Below, in pieces: positions 1-10,161 of a stretch of 64,000 nt of DNA. The DNA is taken from positions 30,536 to 94,535 of IMG/VR virus record IMGVR_UViG_3300048670_001567; one strand, written 5' to 3'. Under the pieces are notes generated by a model. The model searched no databases and was not told the DNA's origin. It saw only the letters and a list, made by a program, of their open reading frames with translations. Source of the stretch: a virus. Lineage: Duplodnaviria > Caudoviricetes. Every line of letters starts with the position of its first letter. The first letter of the stretch is position 1. A program made the translations under genes and the position numbers.

Positions 1-79
1 GTCTGAATAGGCCATAAATATCCCTCGATAATAGAATGTACACTAAAAATTATTTATAATCTAGTACCAAGATACCAAA

Positions 80-451
80 TTATATAGAGGCACCACGCTC
101 TTTGGCGGCTCGTTTGGCCATGCTGGCGACGGTGTCAACTGGGCCTGTTGTCGCCTGATCACCCACATTTGTAGTAGGGGCATCGGATTCAGCATCTGTC
201 GTCAATTCCACATATTTACGATTAAAACTCTTGATTAGATTTCGAACTGTGTCGCTGTGTTCGTTGGCGGAAACCAGTGCGTCGTAATTAAAGTTTTTGT
301 CAGTGTTTATGACAAGATTTATCAGACTCTGTGTGCTGATTTTTGGTGGTTTATTCTCATGCTGATATCGATTTCGGATCAACTCCAGAGCCGTCACCAG
401 ACTGGCCACTGACGGGTCAGATTCAGAGTTATCAAATTCTCTGAGTCGCAT
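80..451 (-). CDS. hypothetical phage protein (probable virion-associated)
   Basis: ORF 80..541; more plausible start is ATG at 451 (MRLREF), abutting the upstream stop. Confidence 0.6.
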   Translation of the reverse strand: MRLREFDNSESDPSVASLVTALELIRNRYQHENKPPKISTQSLINLVINTDKNFNYDALVSANEHSDTVRNLIKSFNRKYVELTTDAESDAPTTNVGDQATTGPVDTVASMAKRAAKERGASI

Positions 452-452
452 A

Positions 453-1142
453 TTAACGACGTTCTCTGCCCAATTCCTCAGCACCACCCACAGCAGCGTC
501 GGTTGCCCCAAATCCGTCGGTTTCATCAGAATCCAGATCACTCTCGGGCGCTGGTGGAGTCATACTGGCATCCATGCCAGTCTGATCACCAGTGGCTGGC
601 ATGGCCATGGGCTGATCCACTGCTTCTCCGCTGAGAATTCTAACACCAGTATCAACTCCCTCACGAGCAGTTTGCAAATTCTGCATAAGTGTTGACAATG
701 TTTCACCCACTGCATTCTTGAATCCTTCAGCCTGCTCTGAACCAATCTGGTCACGAATACTGTCCAGTAGCTGTGGCAGTTGCTCATTCTGCATCTTGCC
801 AACTTTTTCAATGGCGTCTTGAATTGAATCCACCATGTCTTTGGCAGCCAACAGAACCTCGGCATTGCCGACCTCACCCTCGTTGAGTTGTGTGCGTTGT
901 TCACTTAACCAGGCGGCCAGACTTTCTCGAACAGTCAGCAATTCCATATAACGTGGATTGCGTTCTGCAGTGTGAATGTCCACACTGTAACGAATTTTGT
1001 TCAAATTGTTATCAATGGTCTCACTGAGTTTCTCAGCACGCTCAACGGTGAGCTTACGGAAATCAATGGCAAAGCCGAAACGACTTTCCATCAACTTGTT
1101 GATTCTTTTACTTGTGGTTTTTGCAACTTCTGTTAGTCTCAT
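453..1142 (-). CDS. hypothetical protein, probable prohead core/internal head protein
   Basis: 229 aa, helical and acidic, MRLTE start and internal LxE motifs. Confidence 0.5.
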   Translation of the reverse strand: MRLTEVAKTTSKRINKLMESRFGFAIDFRKLTVERAEKLSETIDNNLNKIRYSVDIHTAERNPRYMELLTVRESLAAWLSEQRTQLNEGEVGNAEVLLAAKDMVDSIQDAIEKVGKMQNEQLPQLLDSIRDQIGSEQAEGFKNAVGETLSTLMQNLQTAREGVDTGVRILSGEAVDQPMAMPATGDQTGMDASMTPPAPESDLDSDETDGFGATDAAVGGAEELGRERR

Positions 1143-1156
1143 GGTGATGGTTCCAA

Positions 1157-1648
1157 TTACAATTTAGTATATTTAGCCAAATCAAAGTTTTTTTTCAGTT
1201 CTTTTTTGGTGTAGTTTATTCGGAGAGTTACTTCATTATATTTATTACTGTAATACTCCCTGGCCCAGGTATCCGAAATCTCGGCAGCGCGACGATATCT
1301 GTGTCGATACAATGCCGCTTCGAATTCCAGAGTGGACAATGCCTGATCATTTTTTATTATTTCGTTGGCCACAGCATTTTGTTTCTGGTGTACCGCAATA
1401 CAATAAAAGATGGCATCTTTGCGATGGAAAAAATCAAAAATTTGTTGGCCCTGCACAAAAACACGCCAGCAGTCTGTGTCAATTTTGATTACTCGACTTT
1501 TGCCCACCAACACATCAGTGCCAATCTGATAGCAAAATGGCAGATCGCTGTGACTGAGTTTGGCTAACTCGGTTTCGGTAAATCTGCGAATTTTTTCCAG
1601 TTCAAATTCTTCAGATGCGTTTTCTGTAGTAGATTTTGCCGTTTTCAT
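1157..1648 (-). CDS. conserved hypothetical phage protein
   Basis: 163 aa ORF in a tightly packed operon. Confidence 0.7.
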   Translation of the reverse strand: MKTAKSTTENASEEFELEKIRRFTETELAKLSHSDLPFCYQIGTDVLVGKSRVIKIDTDCWRVFVQGQQIFDFFHRKDAIFYCIAVHQKQNAVANEIIKNDQALSTLEFEAALYRHRYRRAAEISDTWAREYYSNKYNEVTLRINYTKKELKKNFDLAKYTKL

Positions 1649-1817
1649 TGGTACGTAATAGAACGTCTCGAACAGTCAACTGATTGGCCAATAACTGTTC
1701 TCTTTCGTTGAGTTGGTTTTTTGATAGGACATCGCCATCACTGAAGCGATCGAGTAGTTGACTCTCTTCATTGGTGATGGGCATCAGGATCTTGGTGGTT
1801 AGTTCTACAATTTTCAT
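1611..1817 (-). CDS. small hypothetical protein (possible winged helix)
   Basis: 68 aa, MKIVEL start, in operon. Confidence 0.65.
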   Translation of the reverse strand: MKIVELTTKILMPITNEESQLLDRFSDGDVLSKNQLNEREQLLANQLTVRDVLLRTNENGKIYYRKRI

Positions 1818-1857
1818 ATTGTAACAGTTTTAATATTGTAACTTTTAGTTTTTATTG

Positions 1858-2124
1858 CTATTTATTTAAGATACTGTTACAGACAAATCCAAGGAATGCC
1901 GCCAGAATAGCCCCGCCAATTGATACAAATATGCTTATGGTCTGTTTATTCTGGTCGTTGAGCTTGCCAGTGACCGCGTCTTTGATGTCAACAATATGCG
2001 ACTCAAGTTTATCCATACGTGACTCAAGATTTTCTAGTTTGGTTTCCAAGTTCTTGTACCTTTCAGCACAAAGTTCAACGTGGGCTTCTAGATTTTGTTT
2101 TTCAATCTCAGTAGTGGTTGACAT
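1858..2124 (-). CDS. coiled-coil protein with one C-terminal TM helix (holin/XhlA-like)
   Basis: heptad coiled coil then a hydrophobic segment; paralogue of 30133..30384. Confidence 0.6.
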   Translation of the reverse strand: MSTTTEIEKQNLEAHVELCAERYKNLETKLENLESRMDKLESHIVDIKDAVTGKLNDQNKQTISIFVSIGGAILAAFLGFVCNSILNK

Positions 2125-2215
2125 AATATCGCTTTCAGTTACAAGCGATGCCTTCAGATGTGCCAGAGTTGTGCCTTGATATGTGCCTTGATGAATGCCC
2201 GAGCATCACAATTAT

Positions 2216-2656
2216 TTATATCAGGCTGGCGCTAGTAAAGTATATGTTTTTACCAGGGCCCGTGGTATAAAACAATGCCAGGGGCAGGGCAATAGTTTCG
2301 TCCAGCCCTGTTATTACCGGAGTCTGTGCAAAATCACTTTTTAACACCCCGTAATCATCATCAGATTTCAGATACAAGTCAGCGTACTCAACGTCAAACT
2401 CAAACGCCCAAATTCTGTGTTTGCCTTTGTAATCTTCGCCAAACTCGAAATTCTTGACATCTGACTTTTCTGTCTTGAGAATCCTCACACCCAATAACTG
2501 TGTTCGCATGCTGAGCATTTGTATCACAGTTTCCCAGTTGCGTTGCTTGTTGCGCATGCGCTCGTATTCTGGGTTGTTGGATGTGACTCCAGTTTTGGTA
2601 ATGTCTATCAGAGTATAAACTCGATGGCGGTGTATTCGTTGGTCTTCAAAATGCAT
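2216..2656 (-). CDS. conserved hypothetical phage protein
   Basis: 146 aa ORF with an ATAAATA late-promoter-like motif upstream. Confidence 0.7.
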   Translation of the reverse strand: MHFEDQRIHRHRVYTLIDITKTGVTSNNPEYERMRNKQRNWETVIQMLSMRTQLLGVRILKTEKSDVKNFEFGEDYKGKHRIWAFEFDVEYADLYLKSDDDYGVLKSDFAQTPVITGLDETIALPLALFYTTGPGKNIYFTSASLI

Positions 2657-2690
2657 GGTAAACTTATTTATCGTTTTTTTGTGATCATAA

Positions 2691-2717
2691 AAAAAGCACG
2701 GCTGGGCCGTGCTTTTT
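2691..2717. terminator. rho-independent terminator (bidirectional)
   Basis: AAAAAGCACGGC-TGG-GCCGTGCTTTTT perfect inverted repeat. Confidence 0.85.
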
Positions 2718-2732
2718 GGGGTTGGCTAACTA

Positions 2733-3089
2733 TTAAGCGAATGTGTTGCCACTTAGACCGTTGTAGATGGTCCAGGTTGTGGTCAAACCACTGGCCGCGT
2801 CAGCGTCAGTTGCTAGCACTGTGGCGATAGCTGCTGATGTACCGGTGACGTCAGTAACTGAACCTGATGGCAACCCTTCTACCATGAACATGCAGTTGCC
2901 TGAAGCTGGTGTGCCAACGATGGTGACTGTGCAGAACTTTTGTAGAACGCGAACAACCTTTTCGAAGTTGCTGTCTGCTGCGTCGTATGCTGTTTCCAAA
3001 CCTGTTGCTGCGCACTTGACGAACTTAACGTCACGTCCGATAAATTCTCCTGGTGCTGCATAGCCGTTTACTCTTGTGAATGATGCCAT
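2733..3089 (-). CDS. probable virion structural protein
   Basis: 118 aa, Thr/Ala/Gly-rich, AGGAG RBS, ATAAATA motif upstream, own terminator. Confidence 0.55.
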   Translation of the reverse strand: MASFTRVNGYAAPGEFIGRDVKFVKCAATGLETAYDAADSNFEKVVRVLQKFCTVTIVGTPASGNCMFMVEGLPSGSVTDVTGTSAAIATVLATDADAASGLTTTWTIYNGLSGNTFA

Positions 3090-3128
3090 TTTATTTCTCC
3101 TAATTTTGTTACGCTTTCGCGCTTGTAA

Positions 3129-4760
3129 TTATTTATGCCTGATTATTTTTTTCTGAGCTTTTGATTCTGGCAATCCTTGTGCTCGACGTTGACGTAAGAG
3201 GTCACTCATTGACGGCTCTGCTGACTGTGCTGCGGAGGATGGTGCTGAAGTAGATGGTGCTGGTGTCATCGCAGGCGCAGGTGCGGACACAGTGGTGCCA
3301 CCCTTCTTTGCTAGCACAGTGTCAACAAATTTTTTAAGGCTCTGTAAGTCTCTGGTTTTTAAGGTTGGTAAAATTTTGTTAATTTGCCCCACTTGCATTG
3401 TTGCCGTTGTTGAAGGTGCTGCTGCAGGCGTGGGTGCAGGCGACGCTGCTGGTGCTTCTGCTGGTGCTGCTGCAGGCGTTGCTGCAGGCGTTGCTACTGC
3501 GGGCGTTGCTACTGCGGGCGTTGCTACTGCGGGCGTTGCTGCGGGTGCTGCGTACGGAATATTGTTAGATTGAAAAACGGTCTGGATAACTTCTTCGCCG
3601 ACCCCCTCTTTTCTCAGAATATCGGCAATAGCCACGGAATCTGTGGGCTTCCCAGCTGCGCGCCAGGCCTGCATTAGTCTATCACTGGAAACTTTGGCTG
3701 TGAATGCACGACCAACTTTTCCCAACCCCGAGCCGACGGCACCCAGTCCTTTTTCAACTGCTCCCGCAGCACCTTTAAGTCCATCTAGTATACCTTCTTT
3801 CAACATTTGTTGTTTTTCTAATTTCAAACACAACAATACCATGTTGCTTTCTGTAAATTGATAACTTTCTCCCAACTGTTGAAATAATGCCAATGACTCA
3901 ATTGGCTGTCTAGTGAGTTTGTCAAGTATGTATAGGGTGCCTCCATCATTTTGAAAAAATACATTTTCAGGAGAATATTTGCTGGCAATGTAGTTTCTCA
4001 TGCTGGCAGTAACCCCACGACCAAGATTGCCCAGGGCCTCGCCAGCAGGGGTGGTAACAGTTTGCTGTATAATTTGAACGGGGTCTCCTGCTGCAGGAGC
4101 AGTTTGCACTTGTGCAGCAGAATGCCCCTGTGCAGGAGCAGGTTGTCCAGCAGCGGCAGAATGTCCTTGCATGGCCTTGCCAATTTGCCCTGCGGCATAG
4201 GCCATGGCGCCGGTTTCGGCACCTGCAACGGCTGCCCGACTAAATTTTTCTCCCTGCAGTAGTTTGTCTACCATTTTAAACAAGCCCAACGCAGCGGCTC
4301 CGCCCAGCCCTGCGCCACTGATACCTGCTGCAGCAATCAGTGCCGAATAGATGAGTCCCTGTGCTATGGGGTGCTTTTTGGCAAAGTCACGATATTTTTG
4401 CACATACTGCATGGCACCCTGATCACCACCAGTGGCCTGTTTGAGTTTTTCTGCGGCTTGATCGTAGATGGCATCAAAGTTTTTCATGATATTGCTATTC
4501 AAGGCCCGCTGCTTGAGGTCATCGTATGCAGCGAAAACAGCCTTGGGAACATCCACAGCGCGACCAATGGCAGTGCGATTGGATTTGTCGTTTTGTACTT
4601 GTTGGAATATCTGATTGATCTGATCTGCAGTCAACTGTGCCGCCATCAGGGAGCTGCCGGCGTATTCCCAGAGCATCATGGATCTCTGAGCAGATTTATT
4701 CAACCCTTCATAAAGGTATTGATTTTTATTTCTGGGGCGTTCGATTTCGGTTATCTTCAT
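3129..4760 (-). CDS. Ala/Pro/Thr-rich probable virion/internal protein
   Basis: likely start MKITEIE at 4760; LxE motifs; ATPAV repeats; C-terminal motif shared with 4774..5487. Confidence 0.6.
   Translation of the reverse strand: MKITEIERPRNKNQYLYEGLNKSAQRSMMLWEYAGSSLMAAQLTADQINQIFQQVQNDKSNRTAIGRAVDVPKAVFAAYDDLKQRALNSNIMKNFDAIYDQAAEKLKQATGGDQGAMQYVQKYRDFAKKHPIAQGLIYSALIAAAGISGAGLGGAAALGLFKMVDKLLQGEKFSRAAVAGAETGAMAYAAGQIGKAMQGHSAAAGQPAPAQGHSAAQVQTAPAAGDPVQIIQQTVTTPAGEALGNLGRGVTASMRNYIASKYSPENVFFQNDGGTLYILDKLTRQPIESLALFQQLGESYQFTESNMVLLCLKLEKQQMLKEGILDGLKGAAGAVEKGLGAVGSGLGKVGRAFTAKVSSDRLMQAWRAAGKPTDSVAIADILRKEGVGEEVIQTVFQSNNIPYAAPAATPAVATPAVATPAVATPAATPAAAPAEAPAASPAPTPAAAPSTTATMQVGQINKILPTLKTRDLQSLKKFVDTVLAKKGGTTVSAPAPAMTPAPSTSAPSSAAQSAEPSMSDLLRQRRAQGLPESKAQKKIIRHK
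3480..3545. repeat. 15-bp tandem repeat (about 3 copies) encoding ATPAV
   Basis: GGCGTTGCTACTGCG repeated. Confidence 0.85.
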
Positions 4761-4773
4761 ACAATGGAATCCA

Positions 4774-5487
4774 TCAAGTGGTGGGGGTTTTTGTTCGTGA
4801 TGCCAAGATAGCATCAATATTTTTCTTGACACTTAACAGGTCTCTGGTGCGCAGACCACCAATTGCACTTTTTATACCTGTGTTTGCTGTGGTAGACGTA
4901 GTTGCTGCTGCGGGTGTGGTTGACTGTGGTCTAGATGCTGCAGACATTTTGGCGGCCATTGATGCACCAACATTTGTGGCTGATGCTGCAGGCGCTGTTT
5001 GCGTGGTTGCGGTGGGCGCAGGTGCTGTTTGTGCAGCGGCGGCAGGTGCAGGTGCAGTGCTGGAACCAGACTGCGTAAACTGTTGTTTGGTCATGCCTCC
5101 GGAAGTTCCGCCCAGTGTGCGATCAGTGACATTGACATTCTGTTGCTGTAGAAGGCCCACAAATCGGTTGACTACCGCTTGGCGTTGTTTTGCATCGGGG
5201 TATTTTCCCGATTGGGCCACCAGCTTATCAATTTCATCCACAGATATGCCATTTTTCATCACCGCACGTTGTTTCATGGTCTGAACCAACGGCCCTTCTT
5301 TTGCATACTGTGCTGCTAATTTGGGGTCGTTAATTTTCATGTAGCCGTCTGCATCAAGACTGGCGGGGCCTTGAGTAATTTTAGCAGTGTCTCGGGCTTT
5401 CTGATATGCTGCAGAAACGTTGGGCGCCAACCCCTGAGCAAGCCCACTCATGAACCCTTCCTCTGACAGGATTTCTTTAACTTTCAT
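4774..5487 (-). CDS. Ala/Thr-rich probable virion/internal protein
   Basis: MKVKEILSE start; LRTRDLLSVKK motif shared with the neighbouring gene. Confidence 0.6.
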   Translation of the reverse strand: MKVKEILSEEGFMSGLAQGLAPNVSAAYQKARDTAKITQGPASLDADGYMKINDPKLAAQYAKEGPLVQTMKQRAVMKNGISVDEIDKLVAQSGKYPDAKQRQAVVNRFVGLLQQQNVNVTDRTLGGTSGGMTKQQFTQSGSSTAPAPAAAAQTAPAPTATTQTAPAASATNVGASMAAKMSAASRPQSTTPAAATTSTTANTGIKSAIGGLRTRDLLSVKKNIDAILASRTKTPTT

Positions 5488-5725
5488 CTTTGAGTTTCCT
5501 TATGCCTCGGGCAAATTTAGCTGGATCCTGACCACGTATGGCGTTCAACAATCTGCGTTCCAGAGCATCTGCAGTTTCTGCATCATAACTCTCTCGGAGC
5601 AAATTGATAAAATTGATAGCACCGTTGATGATGTTATTGGCGCGAGATTCGATCAGTCGCTCTCGATCACGATGTATCAATAGTTCGTCTAGTTCTGTTA
5701 GGATGCCACGTGTACGTTTTTGCAA
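5477..5725 (-). CDS. conserved small phage protein
   Basis: 82 aa, TTG start, ATAAATA motif upstream. Confidence 0.65.
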   Translation of the reverse strand: MQKRTRGILTELDELLIHRDRERLIESRANNIINGAINFINLLRESYDAETADALERRLLNAIRGQDPAKFARGIRKLKDES

Positions 5726-5767
5726 GATTTCAATCCAATTTAATTTATTTATTATCGTAAATGAATT

Positions 5768-7156
5768 TCAATCTGCACGTTTTAGTCCAGCCAACATACT
5801 TTTTAACTTACTGCTGTCAACTGTGGCAGAAACTTTTGCTGGTTCGTCTCGATTGGTGAGCGTGCTGCCAGTTTTAATTTGACTTAGGATGCTACTACCA
5901 GAAGGTCTTGTGCCATTTTCCTGAGCGTCTTCGCCCGCATCAGTAATGCGCAGGGTCTCAAGATCGTATTCCAAATCCACTTTGGTACCCACCCCACTGC
6001 TGCTGCGAGTCTTCATCAGTTGCAATTGATAACGCCCGCGCTCACGCATGGCTCGGCTAGTAAAAATACCAAACACATTATCTGCTGTGTTAATTTTGCT
6101 TAAGCCGCCAGCGATATGACTGTGGTCAAATTCAATTTCTTCCACTGCTCCACGATTCAACTGACTGGCAGTGATCATGAGAATGTTGAGTTCTCGGGCC
6201 AGATTGCGTAGTTCTTCTGATACATATTTGTCCTTGACAAACAGATCATTAGGGCTGACTTTGGCACTGACTGGCATCACCAGATCCAAGTAATCCACCA
6301 TGATAAAATCCAACTTCATACCAGTCTGTATCTGTAGTTCTTTCAAATAACTGCGTATCTGATTGACATTGCTCTGTGCTGGCATGTATTTGATGCGTAG
6401 AGCACCACTTTTCTTGCCCACCATCTTGATCTTCATTTCCACAGTGTCTAGTTCTTTAAACACCTCTTTGGTACTGACATTGGCCACCATGCTATCCATA
6501 CGCATGGCGCACAGGCCTTCGCTAAGTTCCAGACTCAGGTAAACGCCATTTAGCCCAGCAGTGGCCCAGTTGATGGCAATGTTCTGCATGAACAAACTCT
6601 TGCCACTGCCGGATCCACCAGCAAAAATATTGAGCTCGCCGCGATTCATGCCACCAAACAATCGCTTGTCCAAAGTAGGCCACCCAGTCGATACTTGCCC
6701 ATTGTTGCTCTTGATGGCCATGAGTCGAGTTCTGGGATCGTCAAAATAGTCTGTTCCCATGTCCTTGGTCAGACTGATCTGCACTGCGTCTTTGATAAGT
6801 TTCTCAACAGGATCATATTCGCCCTTTTCCAACATGTCGGCGGCTTTGAGAATTGCTCGCTCTAACTCCTGACGTTTGGTAAAACTTTCAAATTCAGTTA
6901 AAAACCAACTGTAATGGTCCTCAGTTAAGTCCGGAACATGTTTGAAGTCAATACCAGTAACAGCCTGTGTCTGCGCCAGTGTGGGCAGAACTTTGTGTTC
7001 TTGAGCATGCTGTTTAACGAATCTAGCAGCTTCTCTAAGACTACGATCAAAATTTTCTGGATTGTAGATATTCTGCACACGTACATAGCTCTGCGCATCC
7101 TGCAGCATCATTTCCAAAAATAATTTTTGCAGTTCTGAAGAATATTCTTTAGTCAT
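5768..7156 (-). CDS. replicative DNA helicase (DnaB/T4 gp41-like)
   Basis: Walker A GGSGSGKS, MVDYLDL, TASQLNR and MKTR motifs. Confidence 0.95.
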   Translation of the reverse strand: MTKEYSSELQKLFLEMMLQDAQSYVRVQNIYNPENFDRSLREAARFVKQHAQEHKVLPTLAQTQAVTGIDFKHVPDLTEDHYSWFLTEFESFTKRQELERAILKAADMLEKGEYDPVEKLIKDAVQISLTKDMGTDYFDDPRTRLMAIKSNNGQVSTGWPTLDKRLFGGMNRGELNIFAGGSGSGKSLFMQNIAINWATAGLNGVYLSLELSEGLCAMRMDSMVANVSTKEVFKELDTVEMKIKMVGKKSGALRIKYMPAQSNVNQIRSYLKELQIQTGMKLDFIMVDYLDLVMPVSAKVSPNDLFVKDKYVSEELRNLARELNILMITASQLNRGAVEEIEFDHSHIAGGLSKINTADNVFGIFTSRAMRERGRYQLQLMKTRSSSGVGTKVDLEYDLETLRITDAGEDAQENGTRPSGSSILSQIKTGSTLTNRDEPAKVSATVDSSKLKSMLAGLKRAD

Positions 7157-8264
7157 TTAATAAGTTTTGCACATTATGATAAATTTTTTCAAACAATTTA
7201 CCGGAGACGATATAATCATAATTATGCATTAAGATCTCTTTTCGATCAAGTATTAGCTGTTCTAAATCTTTTAAACTATACCGTTGTTTTAATTTGCCAA
7301 CTTGTTCACTTACAAGTTGTGCACGTTTGTAAAAATTCGGCTCTTCCTGATAACTGTAATCAATCAAATCATGATCAAATAGAAGTCCCAAATTTTCCAG
7401 ATGTCTTATTGATTGGAAACCCAGAGGGATTATAAATTGTAAATTTAAAAACCCCTTGAGAGTTTTTTCAGTTAGAATAGAGAAATTTTGATTATCCATT
7501 GTTTCTCTAATTATCTGACAGGCACTTACTGAATGCACATTGCTGTTATATGCAACATTTTTAACCAGTTGCATTTTATCTATATTCTTTCTAGAAGCAA
7601 ATTGAAGAAGTTTTTTATTTTCTACTAGTTGATCACAAGCGTTGCGATCACAAAAGTTGGTCAACTGTTCTAGATACCCGTCGAATTTGCCAGTGTTATT
7701 CGTAAATCCACCCAGATAATCCACATGCCCAATACTTTGATGTGTTAAAAATAACGATACCAAAAAGTCTCTGTTTAAACTTCCATAGGTGCCACCGTAA
7801 AAATCAAAATAATATTTTAGTTCTTTATTGATATGGGGCTTATTTAAATTTTCATAAGAATTGATTACACCAGGCATATAAAAAGTATATAGTGGAACTT
7901 CCACCACCACAAACCCTGTTTGGCCAAATAACCGTAAGTATTTTTGGTACCACTCACCCAAACCCAGAGTGTGAGTGGACACAAACAAAATATTTTTTAT
8001 ATTACAACACTTCTTTAAAAACCAATTGTGTATCGAGATAAAAATTTCTGTCGTTATTGTTTCATCGTAAACAAATACTATTTTTCTATTAAAACTTTCC
8101 AGCAAACTATTGCTATCTATATAATCATCCAAAAATTTATGTATATATTTTTCTTTATGTTCAAGTTCAGGAACACTGGACACCAAATCCAACAATTCTC
8201 CCTTAATTGAACAAATTTTCTTGTATTTACTGAATAGTTCATCTATGCGTTGAATGTAATTCAT
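7149..8264 (-). CDS. AT-rich glycosyltransferase-like protein
   Basis: C-terminal ET...LTEKTLK...IDYSY motif, shared with 45461..46588 and 63085.. Confidence 0.45.
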   Translation of the reverse strand: MNYIQRIDELFSKYKKICSIKGELLDLVSSVPELEHKEKYIHKFLDDYIDSNSLLESFNRKIVFVYDETITTEIFISIHNWFLKKCCNIKNILFVSTHTLGLGEWYQKYLRLFGQTGFVVVEVPLYTFYMPGVINSYENLNKPHINKELKYYFDFYGGTYGSLNRDFLVSLFLTHQSIGHVDYLGGFTNNTGKFDGYLEQLTNFCDRNACDQLVENKKLLQFASRKNIDKMQLVKNVAYNSNVHSVSACQIIRETMDNQNFSILTEKTLKGFLNLQFIIPLGFQSIRHLENLGLLFDHDLIDYSYQEEPNFYKRAQLVSEQVGKLKQRYSLKDLEQLILDRKEILMHNYDYIVSGKLFEKIYHNVQNLLND

Positions 8265-8266
8265 AA

Positions 8267-9301
8267 TTAATTATATAACCTTTTTTTCAATTCAATTTTT
8301 AGTTTACCAGTTTCTTTGGCATCCAGTATACTTTTGATCACAAACAGTCGACCATATTTGACCACTGCCTCGTTGATGTCCTTGCAAGTTTCTTGCCACA
8401 CTGGAAAACTCACCGACCAGCCATACTCAATGGCATCGTTTATCAATTTAGTTCCTGCTCGATCACGATCAGCCACTACTATGACTTCTCTGGCCAGACC
8501 ATCAATGATTTCGGCCTGCGGTTCCGAACACTCACTGCCCAAAACTGCCACACCATCAATGCTCATGGCATCAAATGGACCTTCACAGACTATGACAAAT
8601 TTAGAGTCTGGGCGCTGCTGATCGACATTGAATACGTAGCCTGTGGGAATATCACTGTAGTATTTGGGCTTGACCCCGTCAACCACGGATCTGGCAGTCC
8701 AACCAACAATTTTGTCCTGCCAGCGACAAGGTATGATCACTTTCTGATGCAGACTATGTTCAGTATCATCGGTGATATAAAAATCATATTTTTTTGTATC
8801 TATCCAGCGACCTTGAACATACTCGACTTTGTTCTGAATCATCAGACTCTGAGGAATTTCATAGTCGGCATCAGTCAGTGCAAGAAATGTGCGCAATTGT
8901 TCAAAGCTCACCACTCCCTCAGGCAAGGTGCGTTCTGGAAAATCAATGACCTCATCAGCCGCAATTTTAATTTCTTCAGGCGCAACAATATCTCGGATCC
9001 TGACTGCTTCAATCACCAGACGGCGTATTTCTGATTCATCTGCGCCCAGCCAGCGTAGAAGTTTACGAAATTTAAGTGTAAGGTGCCGGCCTGGTTGATA
9101 TCCAGTTTTATAACCACAGTTAAAGCAATGGTAGGAAACTCCACCATTCGCGTTGGCAGTTATACCAGCACGACCACGAGTGTCTGGCGTTTCGCCATTA
9201 TGAACACAGCAGACGCCAGAAAAACTAATCCACCCACTGGGACTGGTTTTTCGTCTGGCTGGCAGAATTGACTTTACAAAGTCCTGAATCAGCGTTATCA
9301 C
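8267..9301 (-). CDS. DNA primase (gp61/DnaG-like)
   Basis: Zn finger CCVH...HCFNC; TOPRIM motifs EGPFD and DRDRAG; KDINE. Confidence 0.92.
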   Translation of the reverse strand: MITLIQDFVKSILPARRKTSPSGWISFSGVCCVHNGETPDTRGRAGITANANGGVSYHCFNCGYKTGYQPGRHLTLKFRKLLRWLGADESEIRRLVIEAVRIRDIVAPEEIKIAADEVIDFPERTLPEGVVSFEQLRTFLALTDADYEIPQSLMIQNKVEYVQGRWIDTKKYDFYITDDTEHSLHQKVIIPCRWQDKIVGWTARSVVDGVKPKYYSDIPTGYVFNVDQQRPDSKFVIVCEGPFDAMSIDGVAVLGSECSEPQAEIIDGLAREVIVVADRDRAGTKLINDAIEYGWSVSFPVWQETCKDINEAVVKYGRLFVIKSILDAKETGKLKIELKKRLYN

Positions 9302-9312
9302 AAATCTCAGTA

Positions 9313-9750
9313 TCAGTACAAGTTTTTAATTACCTGAAGTTGCCCAGCGGCGCCCCAATTGTCATCCACATATGCTGGCAATGTAAGGTCACCATCAGTA
9401 TAACTCACTGTGTAATTATAATACTCTTGTGAGAGATTGTCTACACTTGACTTGTCCAATACCACTGTGCCCACGGCAGTAACCACGTTACCAATTGTAA
9501 CATTACCGGTCCAGACAGCAGCTTCGCCCTGGGCAGCAGTCAGTGTCAGGGCAAATGACTTGCCAGCAATGTTCGCAGCCTTCTGGTCGTTGTTACGGAA
9601 CTGTAGAGTAATAACATTATCTACACCCTGATAAACCTTGATAGGTCTGCTGTACACAATACGGTTCCTTGTTTTTATCTCGGGGTCATCATCCAAAATC
9701 TGAACAATGACTTTATTGTCATATAAATAACTGGTAATTGTGGTCATCAA
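9313..9750 (-). CDS. hypothetical beta-rich protein, possibly structural
   Basis: 145 aa, late-promoter-like TATAAATA upstream. Confidence 0.55.
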   Translation of the reverse strand: MMTTITSYLYDNKVIVQILDDDPEIKTRNRIVYSRPIKVYQGVDNVITLQFRNNDQKAANIAGKSFALTLTAAQGEAAVWTGNVTIGNVVTAVGTVVLDKSSVDNLSQEYYNYTVSYTDGDLTLPAYVDDNWGAAGQLQVIKNLY

Positions 9751-9786
9751 TCATGCCCTGTAGGACTATTTATACCGACACCATCA

Positions 9787-10161
9787 ATGGACGAATCTTA
9801 TAAGAACTTACTGGACCAATACCCGTTCATCAGTTATCTGACCTATGGTGGCAATGAATATCTGGGCATTATTCAGAATTCAGATGAGATCATAACTACA
9901 ATCTACGACTACGGACTACTAAAAACTCTGGAGCAAAAATCCCGGTTCCTGGAATTGGCTGATCAGTGGTGGTGGGAAAGCAATCGACTGGTGCCCATCA
10001 ATGTATTTCTAAAACACGACTGGGCCGAATTCAAAATTTGCATCAAGACATTCAACAGCAAAGATGTCGTCATACAACACGGTCCACAAATCAGTCTTAA
10101 AGAAATTGCTCAAAAACGCAGCAAACGCAGATCCATCACACTTGTTCGCAAAGTAAGTTAA
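9787..10161 (+). CDS. conserved hypothetical phage protein
   Basis: 124 aa divergent gene, TATAAATA at about 9722. Confidence 0.7.
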   Translation: MDESYKNLLDQYPFISYLTYGGNEYLGIIQNSDEIITTIYDYGLLKTLEQKSRFLELADQWWWESNRLVPINVFLKHDWAEFKICIKTFNSKDVVIQHGPQISLKEIAQKRSKRRSITLVRKVS

